From Octopus sinensis (Eukaryota), in the NCBI RefSeq assembly GCF_006345805.1, contig NC_043013.1:23622001-23686000 (forward strand): a stretch of DNA of 64,000 bases. The letters run 5' to 3'. Of the stretch, positions 10,801 through 23,939 are shown one piece after another. Numbering within the stretch: position 1 is the stretch's first letter; the number at the start of each line of letters is the position of its first letter. Under the pieces are notes generated by a model, which was not told where the DNA came from, searched no databases, and saw only the letters and a program-made list of their open reading frames with translations. The position numbers were made by a program, and so were the translations under genes.

Positions 10801-13800
10801 AAAGCATCCATGGATCATGTTAGCAATAGTTTTAAACTGAACCATGAATTATTTGTTTGGAACCAAAAATTGCTAGGTTTAAAAAAAAATGTTTTTTGTA
10901 TATTCATTGTAAAAATAGTATTTTAAGTTTTTTTAAATGTTTTAATCTGTAGCTTGTTTGAATTCCTAAAGTTTTCTTGTTGATTATTTCAACTTTTGTC
11001 CACCACCCATATTTATGAAACCAAAAGAATATTATTGGTCAGTGAATAAATTGACTATCATTGTATAGTTGTTGTTGCCTTATTGCTTCAACTTAGTAAC
11101 ATTACTAAATAGAAATAAGTATTTAAAATAGTTTATACATGACTGTAATGATTTGATATTTGCTTTTCTTTAAAACAAGAAAAGTGTTGCTCTTTATTGT
11201 GCAAGATGTGATTGAACGTTCTCCGTTTCTCTTATAGAATGTTACGCCACATATGCTATTGTTTACAGAGAAGTGCCAAAAACAAGTGGCCCGATGATGA
11301 AAGTGTACGTACACGAGTTGTTAGGTAAGCACAAAACGATAATTCTTGTTAATTATTCAGTCGTTAATGAACTCTTTTACTTGTTTTAGTCATTTGACCG
11401 CGGCCATGCTGGAGCACCGCCTTTAATCGAGCAACTCGACCGCGGGACTTATTCTTTGTAAGCCCAGTACTTATTCTATCGGTCTCTTTTTGCCGAACCG
11501 CTAAGTGACGAGGACATAAACACACCAGCATCGGTTGTCAAGCAATGCTAGGGGGACAAACACAGACACACAAACATACACACACATATATATATATATA
11601 CATATATCCGACAGGCTTCTTTCAGTTTCCGTCTACCAAATCCACTCACAAGGCATTGGTCGGCCCAAGGCTATAGCAGAAGACACTTGCCCAAGATGCC
11701 ATGCAGTGGGACTGAACCCGGAACCATGTGGTTGGTAAGCAAGCTACTTACCATACAGCCACTCCTGCACCTACAGTATCTTCTTTTGAGTGTCAGCTCC
11801 TTAGAACCACAAGGATTGGTTTTATTTCTGGTTCGTGGCTTATTGTACATCAGGAAAATTACATTTTATTATTTACTCTTGCTCCATCAGTCATGGCAGG
11901 AATGGTATGGCTGGAGTTAACTAGTGTTGTTGTGTGCCCCCTCCCCATCCCCCAACAACAAATAGTAATAGCAGATTGTTCACAGAGTTAATTAATTGTG
12001 TGGAAGAAGTAAAACCTGATATCCTGATATCAGGTCTTCCCGCTTCTTCTCCTTTATCGCAAAGAAACTTAGACCACTTGGAAATTTTTCCATAAACCAT
12101 TGCTAACATATTTGGAAAATAAATTCCTTTCCTGAGTTATTCCTGTCTTGAAGGCTTCTAAGAACAAGAAATTCTCCACTTCCCCAAAATAAAATGACAT
12201 TATCAGGTTCAGAATCTAAATGTTTGTATCTTCAAGAATATGGTTATCAACTAAGTGAACAGGTATATCCTGACATTTCCAGAATCACCAACTTAGATTT
12301 GGGTTATTAGAAGAGTTTCTGATAAGCTCTAGAAACATTTCAGACAAACATAATGAAGTGCTTTTCACAACTGTTAGCTTTATTGACAAAAGGTAACACC
12401 AGTCATAGAGACTCTCCCACACGATGGGCTTCTTTCAGTTTCCATCTACCAAATCTACTCACGTGCCTTTGTTTGTCTCAGGGCTTCAGGAGAAGACTTA
12501 AGGTGCCATGCAGTGGGACTGAACCCAAAACCATGTGGTCGGAAAGCAACTCTTCTTACCCACACAGCCACACCTGAAGGTATACTATTCAGCACACTTA
12601 GTCTTTCAGACTGAATGAAATATGCCTTAGGGGATCCATTAAGACCAAATCATGGATGGCCATTGCTTTCACTGGTCAGCTTCAAAGACTAGCTTCAATC
12701 TCGTACTTCCATTTTCCATATTCTCCAAAACTATTTTCATTTTAATGGAGTTATTTTCAATGCTTTTTTTTTTTTTAATGATTATAAATTTTCTTACTAA
12801 TTTTATCTACTAATTGCATGGAAAACCTTAATTGAAGTTTTTTAACCTACCATATTGCTTATGTGAATGTCTACTGCATAAGCGTCAAGACTAAGAAAAC
12901 TGCAGTGTAGCCAGCATCCTTTGCTGGCAGTAATAACCATTTTCTGGATATTTAATATCATCATCATCATCATCATTCAACATCTGTTTTTCCATGCTGG
13001 CATGGGTTGGATTTCACAGATACTAAACCTTCTTTTTAACAAACAGTTTATGGCATCAGTTTATTGCTGGATTGTGCTCTTCCAAAGAGCATTTCTAAAG
13101 AACTTTTGCAATTGGCCCTTTTTGATCCCCCACCTCCCTTCACATAACACAGACAATTTCTACCCTTACTCTTTATGGCTTTTTCTAACTCAAGCTGCCT
13201 TCAGGTATTTTAGTCTTGTCAGTTTTTACTGAATACATTTTGACCAAGGTCAAATTATTTGCTTAGGTTATTGGTTCACAAAACTGCCTTGCATATCCAG
13301 TTTTGAGTTCCTTCCTCAAGAACTAGGATTGTCCACAGTTGATCCTGACATTACCTATTTTAGCACCCTTATACATGTTAAAAGAAAAAAAGAAACACCC
13401 TTCACAAACATTTTACACAATCAAAGCCTTTTGTGTGGAACCATGTTGACCTTTTGCATCAACAAAGTAAAAATAGAGTTAATTTGTAGTTGTTTCATGA
13501 GAAATTTTAAGTTTCATGTCCCATTGAAATCTCAATTGTATTCTGTGTCATTCCTCTCTAGATTAATATGGGCTTCTTTCTGTTGATCCTAAATTGACTC
13601 AATTAGGATGATAATTGAAACTTTAACCTGATGCTTTTCTGAATTTTATTCTCTGTTATGAAGCTTTCATTGTTGTTCATAAAAACTGTTTTTACTTTTT
13701 CTTATTTTCAGTGGATTCATTTTTTTGCGGTTATTGTGTCCAGCAATTCTAAATCCAAAGTCTTTCAATTTAATATCAGGTTGGTTATATTTTATTTTCT

Positions 13801-16800
13801 CATAATTATCATCAACATCATCATCATCATTTAACGTCCTCCTTCCATTCTGGTATGGGTTAGACAGTTCGACAGGAGCTGGCCAGGCAGGAGCCTGCGC
13901 CATGCTTCTGAGTGTTTTGGCATATTTTTTACGACTGGATGCCCTTCCTAACACCAACCACTTTGTAGAATAGATATAGTGCTTTTTACCTGGCACTCAC
14001 TCAGGCGAAGTCAGTTTTGGCATCATTTTTACAGCTAGATGCCCTTCCAAATGCCAACCATTTTACAATGTAGCCTGCGTGCTTTAAGTGGCACCTGGAC
14101 TGGCAGGGTCACCAAATGATATTGCAAGGCAAAGAGTCTTTGAAAGGGGAGAGGGTATTGGAGGAGGTGATCTTGTGTCAGATGACAAAAAGATTAGAGT
14201 GTAACAGAGAGGCAGAAACAGTTACCTAGAGAGAGAGAGAGAGAGAGAGAGTGGGAGTTAAGAAGAAGTGTGCTGCTGTGAAAGAGATACATGGTACAGG
14301 ACAAGGAAGGAAAGCTGGCAAGAGAGGGATCAAGAATGAGGGCAGAAACAGGTTTATGATTACTTAGCCTGAGGGGAGAGCAAGGGAAAGGGAGAGTAGG
14401 AGACAGCAAGAGCAGGAGAGGGATAGTGGCAAGTGCCAGGGTTATACTTGCAACGAATGGGGATCAGGGTGCAGATGAGATAGTAGAGTAAGGAAGAGGG
14501 AGAATTGTGACAGGTGCTGGCAGGGTATTGCCCAGGAGTAGTGAGTTGGGAGTGAGGAAATGCAGTGACTGGAGAGAATCTGGGTATATAGAGGGGGGGG
14601 GGAAGCAGCAGCAATGCAGTGAGCAGGGTAGTGAGGACTGGATTGGGCAGTGGGAGATAATCATAGTGTGTGAAGAGGAAATGTGAGGAAGGGAAGAGAA
14701 GTGGGTGGATGTAGTTTGGTTTGTTGGGGTAGGGTGTATGGAAGTTTTATTGTGGGACACAGTACTTCTAGAATTCTGGTTCACTGACATGGCGGGTCTT
14801 CTCCAGAAGCTCATGTCACCAGACATCTCAGTCCAGTGTCATTCCCTCTGTGAGTCTCAACATTCTGAGATCAGTCCTCACCACTTCATCCAACGTCTTC
14901 CTGGGTCTCCCTCTTCCACAGGTACCACCCACTTTCAGTGACCAGCACTTCTTTATACCGCTGTCCTCATTCATACGCATCACATCTCCAAACCAACGTA
15001 GTCTTCTCACTTGCATGCTGCATTTGATTTCTCTTATGCCCAACTTTTCTCTCAATGCATTTGCACTTTGTTATTCATGCACGTTGACTCTGCACATCCA
15101 GCAGAGTATATTCCCTTCATTTCTCTCTTGTCAACTGAAGCAGTAGCTCCCTGAACTGTCTCCATCCTATTTGTATTCTAGAAACAATACTTTCAGAGCA
15201 TCCACCCCAGTTGCTAATTCGCTTACCTAGATAACGGAAACTGTCCGCTGGACATTTGAGAGAGTATCAAGTCCCATGTGCTCTTAGTGCTTATTGTTTC
15301 TGCACACCTGCCTCACACAAAGGGTGACCTTATTTGTTAATCTACCTGTGATTCCACTGCATCTCTTCCGTGTCCATAGCTTACATTTGGTGCAGCAAAT
15401 GGAATTACTTCCCACTCCTTTCCTATGTCCAGCAGAATTGATAAGGTCTTAACATTTCTGATATAATTACTTAAATAACTTAAATAATAATTATATTTCG
15501 GCAAACTAGTCTTTGGGGCAAAAACCTTAAAATTTACTTTGGTGAAAGGAATTTTTTCTAATCTCCATTAAATATTCTTGAAGTTCATCTGTATAAGTCA
15601 ACATTCAGCATAAACAAGATTGGCAGCAGTAATTCTTCTGCAATGTCCAAACTCTGTCTAGTGTTACAAAAGCAGGAACATCTTAGGAGAGAACAGACAC
15701 AAAAAACAATTATAGTAACTGAAAAACAAGATTAGAAATATTGCTGTTGTTATTCATCTTAAAGAGCGTTTCTGACAAATCCTCATCACTACAATCAGTC
15801 AACATTTGGAGGATGTTAAATGTTTTCAATAATTTCTTTTACAGAAACACCAACTGAAATGGCAATCCGTTCATTGAAGCTTGTTGCCAAATCATTACAG
15901 AACTTAGCAAATTTAGTTGAATTCGGTGCTAAGGTAAGTTTGAAATGAGTTTATTAATATTCTTCCCCCACCTTTTTTTTTGTATCCATTCAAAAATATG
16001 TAAAACTTTATTTCTGAAGTTATTATTACTTGTGAAATAGTAACGTAACAGGAATTAGTGATATTTATGTCAGACGTACATGATGCTTTTTGCATTTCAT
16101 TCCATGAGTATATATTGGAAATTCAATAAATGTCGTTTGCTGTTCTTCCAGGAACCTTATATGAAGGTAGTGAATCCATTTATTAAAATGAACAAAGAAC
16201 GGATGATAACTTTTTTGGATACTTTATCGGTGAGTTGCAAGTTAAAACTCAAACTATTATTTTCTGTACGATGTCTTAATAAGGAAGTCTTCATTGAAGT
16301 CCGTATTACATGTTTACTGTTTAATCATGATAGCTTTGTGGTCATGGTGTAATTATTATAATTCCATCATCATCATCATCATTATCATTTAATGCATGTC
16401 TTCCATGGCTTAGCAGGAACTGGCAAGCCAGAGGACTGCACCAAGCCCTACTGTCTGCTTTGGCATGGGTTTTATGCCAACTACTTTAAAATACCTATTT
16501 CTTTATTACCCACAAGGGGCTAAACACAGAGGGGACAAACAAGGACAGACATAGGTATTAAGTCGATTACATCGACCTCAGTGCATAACTGGTACTTAAT
16601 TTATCGACCCCGAAAGGATGAAAGGCAAAGTCGACCTCGGCGGAATTCGAACTCTCAACGTAACGCAGACGAAATACCGCTAAGCATTTCGCCCGGCATG
16701 CTAACGTTTCTGCCAGCTCGCCACCTTAAAATACCATCTGTAATAATGATGGCATATAATGAAATTTAGGGATTTGCTCAACTTATGTGAAGATGAATGA

Positions 16801-19244
16801 CGTTGTAAGACTGGAAAGTAATGAAGGGAGTTCAATCCCCTGGATATGTAATTTTAGGAGGCATGAACGACTGTGCAGAAATAAGCTTAGCTAAAACGTG
16901 GATATAAGAGGAATGAGCAATAGTGTACAGGAGAGGAGACTAAAGTAAAGGGTTAAAGACCCTCTTTGGACATGAATGAGCATGGGATTGCACCTAGAAA
17001 GTTACCCTCCAAGGTACAAGTCCTGGGCAAGGCTGTTTATGAAGGACCAGCAGTCACCCATGTGGCCAATATTATCCAAGAGAAAGGCAAAGGGGCCAAT
17101 ACAGCGTGGCACCAGTGACGTCGCAACTCATTTCTACAGATGAGTGAACTGGAGTGACGTGAAATAAAGGGTCTTGTTCAAGAACGCATCACACAGCCTG
17201 GTCTGGAAATTGAACTCACTACCTCATGATTGTGAGCCTGACGCTCTAACCACTGAGCCATGCACCTTCACAAGAGAGTAGACTAAACTGCTGGGAACAT
17301 GTAATAGTTATGGAGGATGAGAGATGGGTAGAGCAGTGTTGAATAATCGAAATGAAAGGAAGAACCTGTTTTAGAGGAAGACGTGGCAAGGGCCAATGTG
17401 AAGAGGTTGAATCTCACAAAGGACTACAACGAATGCTTTGTGATGCTTGCATTGGAGGGAAGTCTCCATTGAACCCTATGCAAACATACAAAAGTAATCG
17501 ATGACAGGTGACTGCTGCTACTGCTGTCATCATTTTCTTACACTTTAATTTAATTGATTTGATTAAAAATAATAATAATAATGAAATTATTGTATACAGT
17601 GCTCAGGTGCACCACAACTTGTCAGAAAGTGCATATAAAGTACATGCAGTAATGTAAAAATGTCTGGAAAGCGAACAATGTATGAGTCAGATACATGCCT
17701 GTGTGTGTATGGAGGGGAGAAAATCAGGTGTAGTGTTGGCGAATCTCAGAAAGCATGGAAGTTTTGAAGGATGCAGTGCTCCGACAACTAACAACCGATG
17801 CCGGCAGTTTGTTCCATGCTTCAGCAACTCTCAGCGTGAAAAAATGTTCCCTGAAGTCATGGGAGCTGTGCTGTTTTCTGACTTTGTAAATATGTCCACG
17901 GGTGTTAGATGGGTGGAGTTTGAAAAGTGGCTCAGAGTTATTGTTTGTACGATGGTTGATAATTTTATGGGTGTCTGCCAAGTCAGCTGCCAGACGTCGA
18001 AGTTTCAATTTGTCCATGCCCTGTTTGAGATGACAGAATTTGGAGAGAACAAACACTCTTCTTTTAATAGTCACTGTTGCTTCACTGAGTACATTGAGAT
18101 TTCAAATTTTATTTTGCATTCTTAGTTTTGACCATAATCTCTTATAAACAACCAACCATTGAAATATTCTACATTTGGTAATATTGATGCCATTTTTACA
18201 ATCAGTTATCTAATTGATAGATTCCTATAAATGATTTTATTACAGAATGTTCCAGAATGTCCAAAAACAAACCAAGAAACACCAGGAGATCTTGCTCGTG
18301 ATATGGCAACGATACACACACTTTGTGCTAGTCACGTAGCAGAGATCAAACTGGCTTCAGAAACAAAGGTAAATAAAAAAAACTCCACATATTTTATTTT
18401 ATTAAACGTTATTTCATTATCTCTGCTCTTTATTTATTCCTTTTAACACTGAAACTCGTTAACACTGTAAAAACAACAACAACAACAACAACAACTAAGA
18501 AATAAATCAGATTAAAACCAAATACAAACATTGAGGGTGGGGTGGGGTATGGAGTGATATAAAGTGAGGGATGAAGATGTTGAAGTGATGTTGGTGATAG
18601 CAGACGGAAAGGGTGAGAACTGTTGGATGGATGGTTGGAAGTGAATTATGGCAAGTATTTGTAACCAGGGGCAAAAATTGTGATATTCAATTAAATGTTG
18701 TGAGTATTCAAGGTGTTTGTCCTAAACATTGGTTTCTATTTGATAAATGTTGGTAGGAAGGTGTTGATAGATATTTTGACATTTTTAACAGCGAAGGAAT
18801 CTTATTAAAAAATAATAAATTATCAATGTTTGTAATACTTTTAAATCTGAATTTGTACTTTGTTTGTCTAGAAACTTCTGTTTTTACATTGAATTTGAAC
18901 TTAGAACTGATCTCAGTATGTTGTTGTTGTTGTGACTGGAGTCACATCAGTTATGTCTAATGTTTGGCAGTGTTTTGTTGTTTGGGTTTTACATTGAACA
19001 AATCAAGTTTGTTGCATCGAGCAAACTCGGGAATTATGTAAAAGCTCTCTTGTCTATTCTGGTCTTATTTCATTGCAACTATTTTTATGATATGTCAGAG
19101 ATTAAAAAACCCCCAAAACCACTTTGGGCTTGAGTATTAATTAACATTCAATTAATTTTTACCTTTCAGCCGGAACTGAAGAAACTGCTGGCTGTCACAG
19201 CACGATTAACAGCGCACAAGAAATGTTACATGGGAGAATCGTGA
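7747..19244 (+). CDS. RASA1: p120 Ras GTPase-activating protein (RASA1 / Drosophila vap orthologue), 3' part: 7 exons encoding the C-terminal RasGAP domain (7747-7862, 11238-11324, 13712-13779, 15845-15933, 16152-16229, 18246-18368, 19170-19244)
   Basis: Manual splicing at AG/GT gives phase-consistent LDPARMENCAELEGNVEHFLILLNGAVDDIFNSTEYCPLMLRHICYCLQRSAKNKWPDDESVRTRVVSGFIFLRLLCPAILNPKSFNLISETPTEMAIRSLKLVAKSLQNLANLVEFGAKEPYMKVVNPFIKMNKERMITFLDTLSNVPECPKTNQETPGDLARDMATIHTLCASHVAEIKLASETKPELKKLLAVTARLTAHKKCYMGES*. It contains the RasGAP signature FLRLLCPAILNP and matches the RASA1 C-terminus as I recall it (VAKSVQNLANLVEFGAKEPYM). The upstream exon was not found in 1-7746. Confidence 0.95.
8760..9212 (+). 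repeat. Interspersed repeat ending in (TAA)n (second copy at about 56845-57420)
   Basis: ccacagatttgcttgtcagttgtttgaccttaaccagttgagc...ctctcactcaataat is shared between both loci. Confidence 0.75.
9215..9480 (+). mobile_element. R4/Dong-clade (RLE) LINE extreme 3' fragment
   Basis: KVAVVPLVVGVLGTVSKSLEKYVEQIG... with a (TAA)n tail; same family as 55560-56090. Confidence 0.7.
11238..11324 (+). CDS. RASA1: RASA1 exon (MLRHICYCLQRSAKNKWPDDESVRTRVVS)
   Basis: ctcttatag acceptor, ag|gtaagc donor, phase 2 to 2. Confidence 0.93.
11370..11771 (-). mobile_element. Full-length tRNA-derived octopus SINE with an internal (CA)/(TA) tract; copies at 12400-12575, 32340-32730, 32881-33045(+), 39710-39950, 41340-41620
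   Basis: Minus head ggtgcaggagtggctgtatggtaag...ggttcagtcccactgc has A and B boxes; 3' tail ggcggtgctccagcatggccgcggtcaaatgactaaaac. Confidence 0.85.
13712..13779 (+). CDS. RASA1: RASA1 exon with the FLR motif (GFIFLRLLCPAILNPKSFNLIS)
   Basis: cttattttcag acceptor, g|gttggt donor, RasGAP signature. Confidence 0.95.
13806..15140 (-). mobile_element. RTE-clade LINE 3' part with long 3' UTR and (GAT)n tail
   Basis: LREKLGIREIKCSMQVRRLRWFGDVMRMNEDSGIKKC...GRGRPRKT (14828-15055), followed by a purine-rich UTR and (ATC)n on the plus strand. Confidence 0.8.
15845..15933 (+). CDS. RASA1: RASA1 exon (ETPTEMAIRSLKLVAKSLQNLANLVEFGAK)
   Basis: tttacag acceptor, aag|gtaagt donor. Confidence 0.95.
16152..16229 (+). 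CDS. RASA1: RASA1 exon (EPYMKVVNPFIKMNKERMITFLDTLS)
   Basis: ttcttccag acceptor, tcg|gtgagt donor, lies within ORF 16080-16352. Confidence 0.95.
16500..16725 (-). mobile_element. SINE family with body cctttcggggtcgataaattaagtaccag (other copies near 9490-9690, 38000-38450, 46380-46560, 54150-54350, 63440-63600)
   Basis: The same about 200-bp sequence recurs at least six times in either orientation. Confidence 0.7.
17570..18115 (-). mobile_element. CR1/L2-type LINE 3' end with (TTA)n tail
   Basis: LRRLAADLADTHKII...NTRGHIYKVRKQHSSHDFREHFFTLRVAEAWNKLPASVV, a CR1-type TRGH / FF..RV..WN.LP motif. Confidence 0.85.
18246..18368 (+). CDS. RASA1: RASA1 exon (NVPECPK...LASETK)
   Basis: ttattacag acceptor, aag|gtaaat donor, lies within ORF 18231-18446. 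Confidence 0.92.
19170..19244 (+). CDS. RASA1: RASA1 terminal coding exon (PELKKLLAVTARLTAHKKCYMGES*)
   Basis: acctttcag acceptor; LKKLLA matches the RASA1 C-terminal helix; TGA at 19242-19244. Confidence 0.9.
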   Translation, partial: PELKKLLAVTARLTAHKKCYMGES

Positions 19245-22200
19245 CACCAGCTGAACTGAGTGACATTTGTCTCTACTAATTCCTGTGGATGAATACCTCT
19301 TCTTCTCTCTGTTCTTTTTTCTCTTCCTTTTCTTCCTCCTCCTGTTGTTATTAATCACAACGACTGATGCTTCTGCTGCTGCTGCTGCTGCTACTGCTGC
19401 TGTCATTACATTTCATCTGATGCAGTAGATTTTTGTCTGTGGTTGTGCTCGTCTTCTTCTTTGCACAACTGCTAAACAGATTTCTGGGGGACAACGACTA
19501 TAGATCAGTCTTTTGTCATCTTGTTTCGTTGGTAGAATGTGATGATTTTAGGTGGAGACTGTTGGATATAGAAGCCCTGACAAATAGCTGTTTCCCTACA
19601 CGAGCAGACATATTAACACAAGGAGGAAAAAAAGTGTACAAGAGATCAATCTGAAATGTTGGTACATTAATAAGCTGATTGGTTTTAAATGCCCTTCTTT
19701 TCAGAACTATGGCATTGATACTAGCTGCGGTCATACACTGACAGCTCCCTTTTGTTATACATTGTATGGAAATTTTTTAACACAGACTTCCATCTTCGCC
19801 TTCTGGCCCTGAAAACAAAATAGCAAAATTCACTTTGGTTCATTTTCCATTAAAAATGGTTGACTTTATAAATATTATTTACTCCTAATTTGTTCCAAGA
19901 GAGTTCTTCTGTTGGAATAGAACAAAGAAAATGAAGCAGAAAAGGAAAAATTGAAGAAAAATTGATGCCATCAAGTTGAATTCCAACACTTGGTTTGGTG
20001 AGGATGGGTGAGGATGATGTCTTGTATGAATCGTTTGAAAATAACCAAACTGAATGATTGCAGATGAGTGAAATGGTTGCATGATTGATGATTGATCAGT
20101 AAACTATCACCAAATGTTTGCATTTCTTGATAAATAAATCTTAAAAGTAGTTGAACAGACTACTGTGATCTGGAATGGATGGAGGAACAACTTGAAGAAT
20201 CATTTGGTTGGCTGTGAAACATGCCAACAGACTGACAGACAAATTGGAATATACAAGTCTAATGAAAACAAAAAAGCAAAAAACAAAAAAAAAAAGAAAG
20301 AAATCAAACCAAAAAAATGTCCAATATATTCATTGAAATTAATCCAAGACTGCCCTTAATCACTATATTTCTTACTGCTTTTTGTGATAAAGACTGTAAA
20401 TAAGGTCCTTCTGTGTTAAGCAATGTTACATGAACTTTTCTGAGTTTATTTTTTCCCCTTCTTTTTGTTAATGTTTTAAAAGTTACTTTTTGGCTTTTCT
20501 GTAAAAATTTACCCTTCCTAATCATAAAATGCAGCCTAATGAAGGCCCTTGGCCTAACTGGCACCAGTATTTGGCCTGATTTTCTGGCTGTTGTTCGGGT
20601 TTGATTTTTCTGGCAGTGAAGGTTAAGCCTTTCTGGCTTTCCTTATTATTAATAAATTATTGTTTATTTCAATAAATGAGAAAAGATAGACCAGGAGTCT
20701 GAGCATTGGATGTGTAGGGTTTAGGAACGGCAGTGTGTATGTATGTGTGTGTGTGCATGTGTGAGTGTGTGTGTGTGTGAGTGAGTGTGTGTGTGTGTGT
20801 GTACACATACATACAAAGCAGGTAAATATGGCTTAGCAAGTTTAGAATATAAAGTGTTCTCAGTTTTTGAGGTAAACTTGATGTGGTGTAAAAACACACC
20901 AAAGTAAACATTTAGATATTATTATTATTATTATTGCATTTTTTTCCATTTTCCTAATTGTTAGCTGCTGATTAAATGTGAAAAGATATAATAATGTATT
21001 GAAGAAAGGAATCTGCTGAAGTTCTTGATTGCAGCCCCTGCAATTTGTGTCCCTAGGTTTACTTTTCTTTCTTCTCCCAATATTAGGAAGTGCATCCAAC
21101 TGTCAAGTACATATCCTTAATATTTCCATTAAGATCAGAATTTTCAGAATCATTCTTTCTTTCTAGTTTAGTAAAAAAAAACTGTTGTGTAACTGAGAAA
21201 ATAGTTTTAAAACTTGGATATGACAAATATTACATAATTTACAAAAAAAAATGGATTTTTGTTCTTATTATTATTTCCTTTTTTTTCTTTGTTAATTTGA
21301 GGCGAATTGTTGCTTCTCTATTTTACACGTTCTCAGACAGGTCAATATAACCGGGTGAGATTGGGGTGGCTGTTAGTGGAGAGGGAATTCAACAGAACGT
21401 AGGGGTTGGGGGTTTCTGTGAAGTGAAATTCAAAGAAATTATGTTGTGCATAAAATTTGTGAGATTGGAAACGCTATCTGTTGTGATGGGAGAATGGATG
21501 TGAATGCAGAATGTGGGATCCAGCCATAATTGAGTTTGTAGAACCTAGTGTAATGATGGTAGAAGAAAGAGGCAAAAGATAATGTCCAACAGTGGACCAG
21601 TGATTATTTGTGTTTTGGGCCAGTTTTACTGCAGAAGTTGTCTGTAAGAGACCTAACATCTTATCCAAAGCAAGATTTATTTCAAATCCATCTCTATTGA
21701 AACCAGAACCAAGCACTGGCCCCAGGGAACTTCTTCCATTTAAACTATAGTAAATCATGCGTAAGACCAAGCAAACTGTTTATTTTTTTGCTTGTTTGGT
21801 GGTGGGGTTATATTTCTCCAGATGAACCTTCAAACATAGAACCAACCTGTTTCAGCTTGTGGGTAAAGAATTGAAGTCTGTGCACCATTTCTATTAACGA
21901 TGGAAATCATATTTAAAAGATTCATTATTGATGCAACCCAAATATAAAACCAGTTTTATATGTGTTTAAAATGGTTTTGTCCATTTAAATTACTGTATTT
22001 GTATGTCTATTCTCTTTTCTGCCCTTTGTTGGGCTGTGGCTTTTTAGCCTAACATATCAACCCCAGTTACTTATTTTTGTGCCTGATACATATCTTAGTG
22101 ATCTGTATTCATGTACTCTCAGGTTGCAGGGCATAAATACCAGCATAGGGAGACACACAGACACACACATTGCAGAAAAACTTCCATGCAATGGGACCAG

Positions 22201-23510
22201 ACCTTATGCCAGAGGGTTATTAAATCAATTTCTTAACCCCATGGCTAAGGCTGCACCTAAAATATTTGAGGTTGTCTAGGAATTGAACTCTGATCGTTCA
22301 CACATATGTGCAATTTGATATTTTTTTGTTTCTATTTAAAGGAAACGAAACTCATAGGAACTGGGTGCAAAGAAATTCCGACAGACAGACATTGTTCATG
22401 TGACACAAATAGTTTCATATGATTAACGACTGTTGTTGAATCTAAATGCTAAATCAGACTGATGAGTGATGTAACAAGAAACACAAAAGTAGGAGCTGGC
22501 TTCTAATAACAAAATCGATTTGTTTGAATCTCCTTTTATCAATGAATACCATACGATCACTTTATCTGCTGAAAATAGCAGTTAAATTTCCTTCAACCAC
22601 AGCTTACCATCTCATAATAAGACAGAACTTATAAGATAATGTAGTGTTGTGGCTGGAATGCATTGTATTACAGGTTTCATTCCATCAGGTTCAACTTGGG
22701 ACTAAATAACAACAACAATACATATTGTGAAGCTCCAAGAATTTCAAGTTTTCTGTTTTTGAAAACGAAAAATTATTGGTGGAAGTGAGTCCAAATCATC
22801 AGATTGCAACAGTTTTAAATTATGCAAATCTCAAAAAACTCAAACATCTCTGGATATGGAGTTTAAAGCATTCTTTTACTAGTGTCAATCATTGGGTGTG
22901 TGGCCATGCTGGGGCACTGCTTTCAAGACTTTTAGTCATTAGTTCAAATCCAACACTTACAGCAGACTGATACTTATTTCATTAATATCTATTTGTCAGC
23001 CTGCTAAGTTACAGAATATATAAGGGCATAACAAACTACAAGACCATTTAAAAAAAAAACAGTAAAAATGGAAACACATACACACACATTCTCTCTTTCT
23101 CACACATCCTCTCTCACACACACACACATACACACATTCTCTCTCACACAAACACATTCTCTCACATACACACATTCCCTCTTCCTCACATACTTTCTCT
23201 TTCTCTTTCTCTCTCACACACACACACACACATTCTCTCTTTCTCACATACACACTCTCCAACTCATACTCTTCCTCATACCTATGTGCACTGTGTTTCT
23301 CCTCTCACAGATTACATCCTCTCTCTCTCCAACACGTAAAAGCTTCGCTCAATTTCCTTTCCATTAGATTCCGTGTTTCAAGTATAAACTATTGAAATGC
23401 TGACAATTCCGTTCGAAACAATCCTTTTATAATGAAAGTACTTAAATGTGCAACTGTAATGTCAATAACGATATTTCTCCTCAGACTTTCAAACATTTGT
23501 TTTTGTTGTT

Positions 23511-23939
23511 GTAAAGATTGTTTGCCAACATAACATGGCAGTCCTGGTTTAGGACTAATGTTGCTGTAATTTAGCCCCAGGAAACATTGTCTCTATCTGG
23601 CTATACAACACGATCTGTGAGATTTAAAAATAGTAATTTTCTAATTTATAGATCAGTGACTAGTTGTCACTTTGAAAACTATATATTCTGAACGGGAATT
23701 TAGCAGTGCCACCTCTAGCCGAACAATTATTCTGTGTTGATGAAGGGAAATAACCTGGAAATAGCGATAGACAAATATTGTTTTGAGCTGAGTGGGGGTG
23801 CTAGATTCCGTTTCTTCAAAAATATAAGGACATAGATCATGTTGTATAGCCAACTGAAGACGATGTCTCCTGGGGCTAAATTACAGCAACATTCGTCCTA
23901 AACCAGGTCTGCCATGTTATGTTGGCAAACAATTTTTAC
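23511..23939. mobile_element. MITE-like element with about 105-bp terminal inverted repeats
   Basis: gtaaagattgtttgccaacataacatggcagtcctggtttagg... mirrors ...cctaaaccaggtctgccatgttatgttggcaaacaatttttac. Confidence 0.8.

Noticed and set aside
22459-22495. CTGATGA...GAAAC motif
   Set aside because: Stem II is out of register and there is no stem I complementarity
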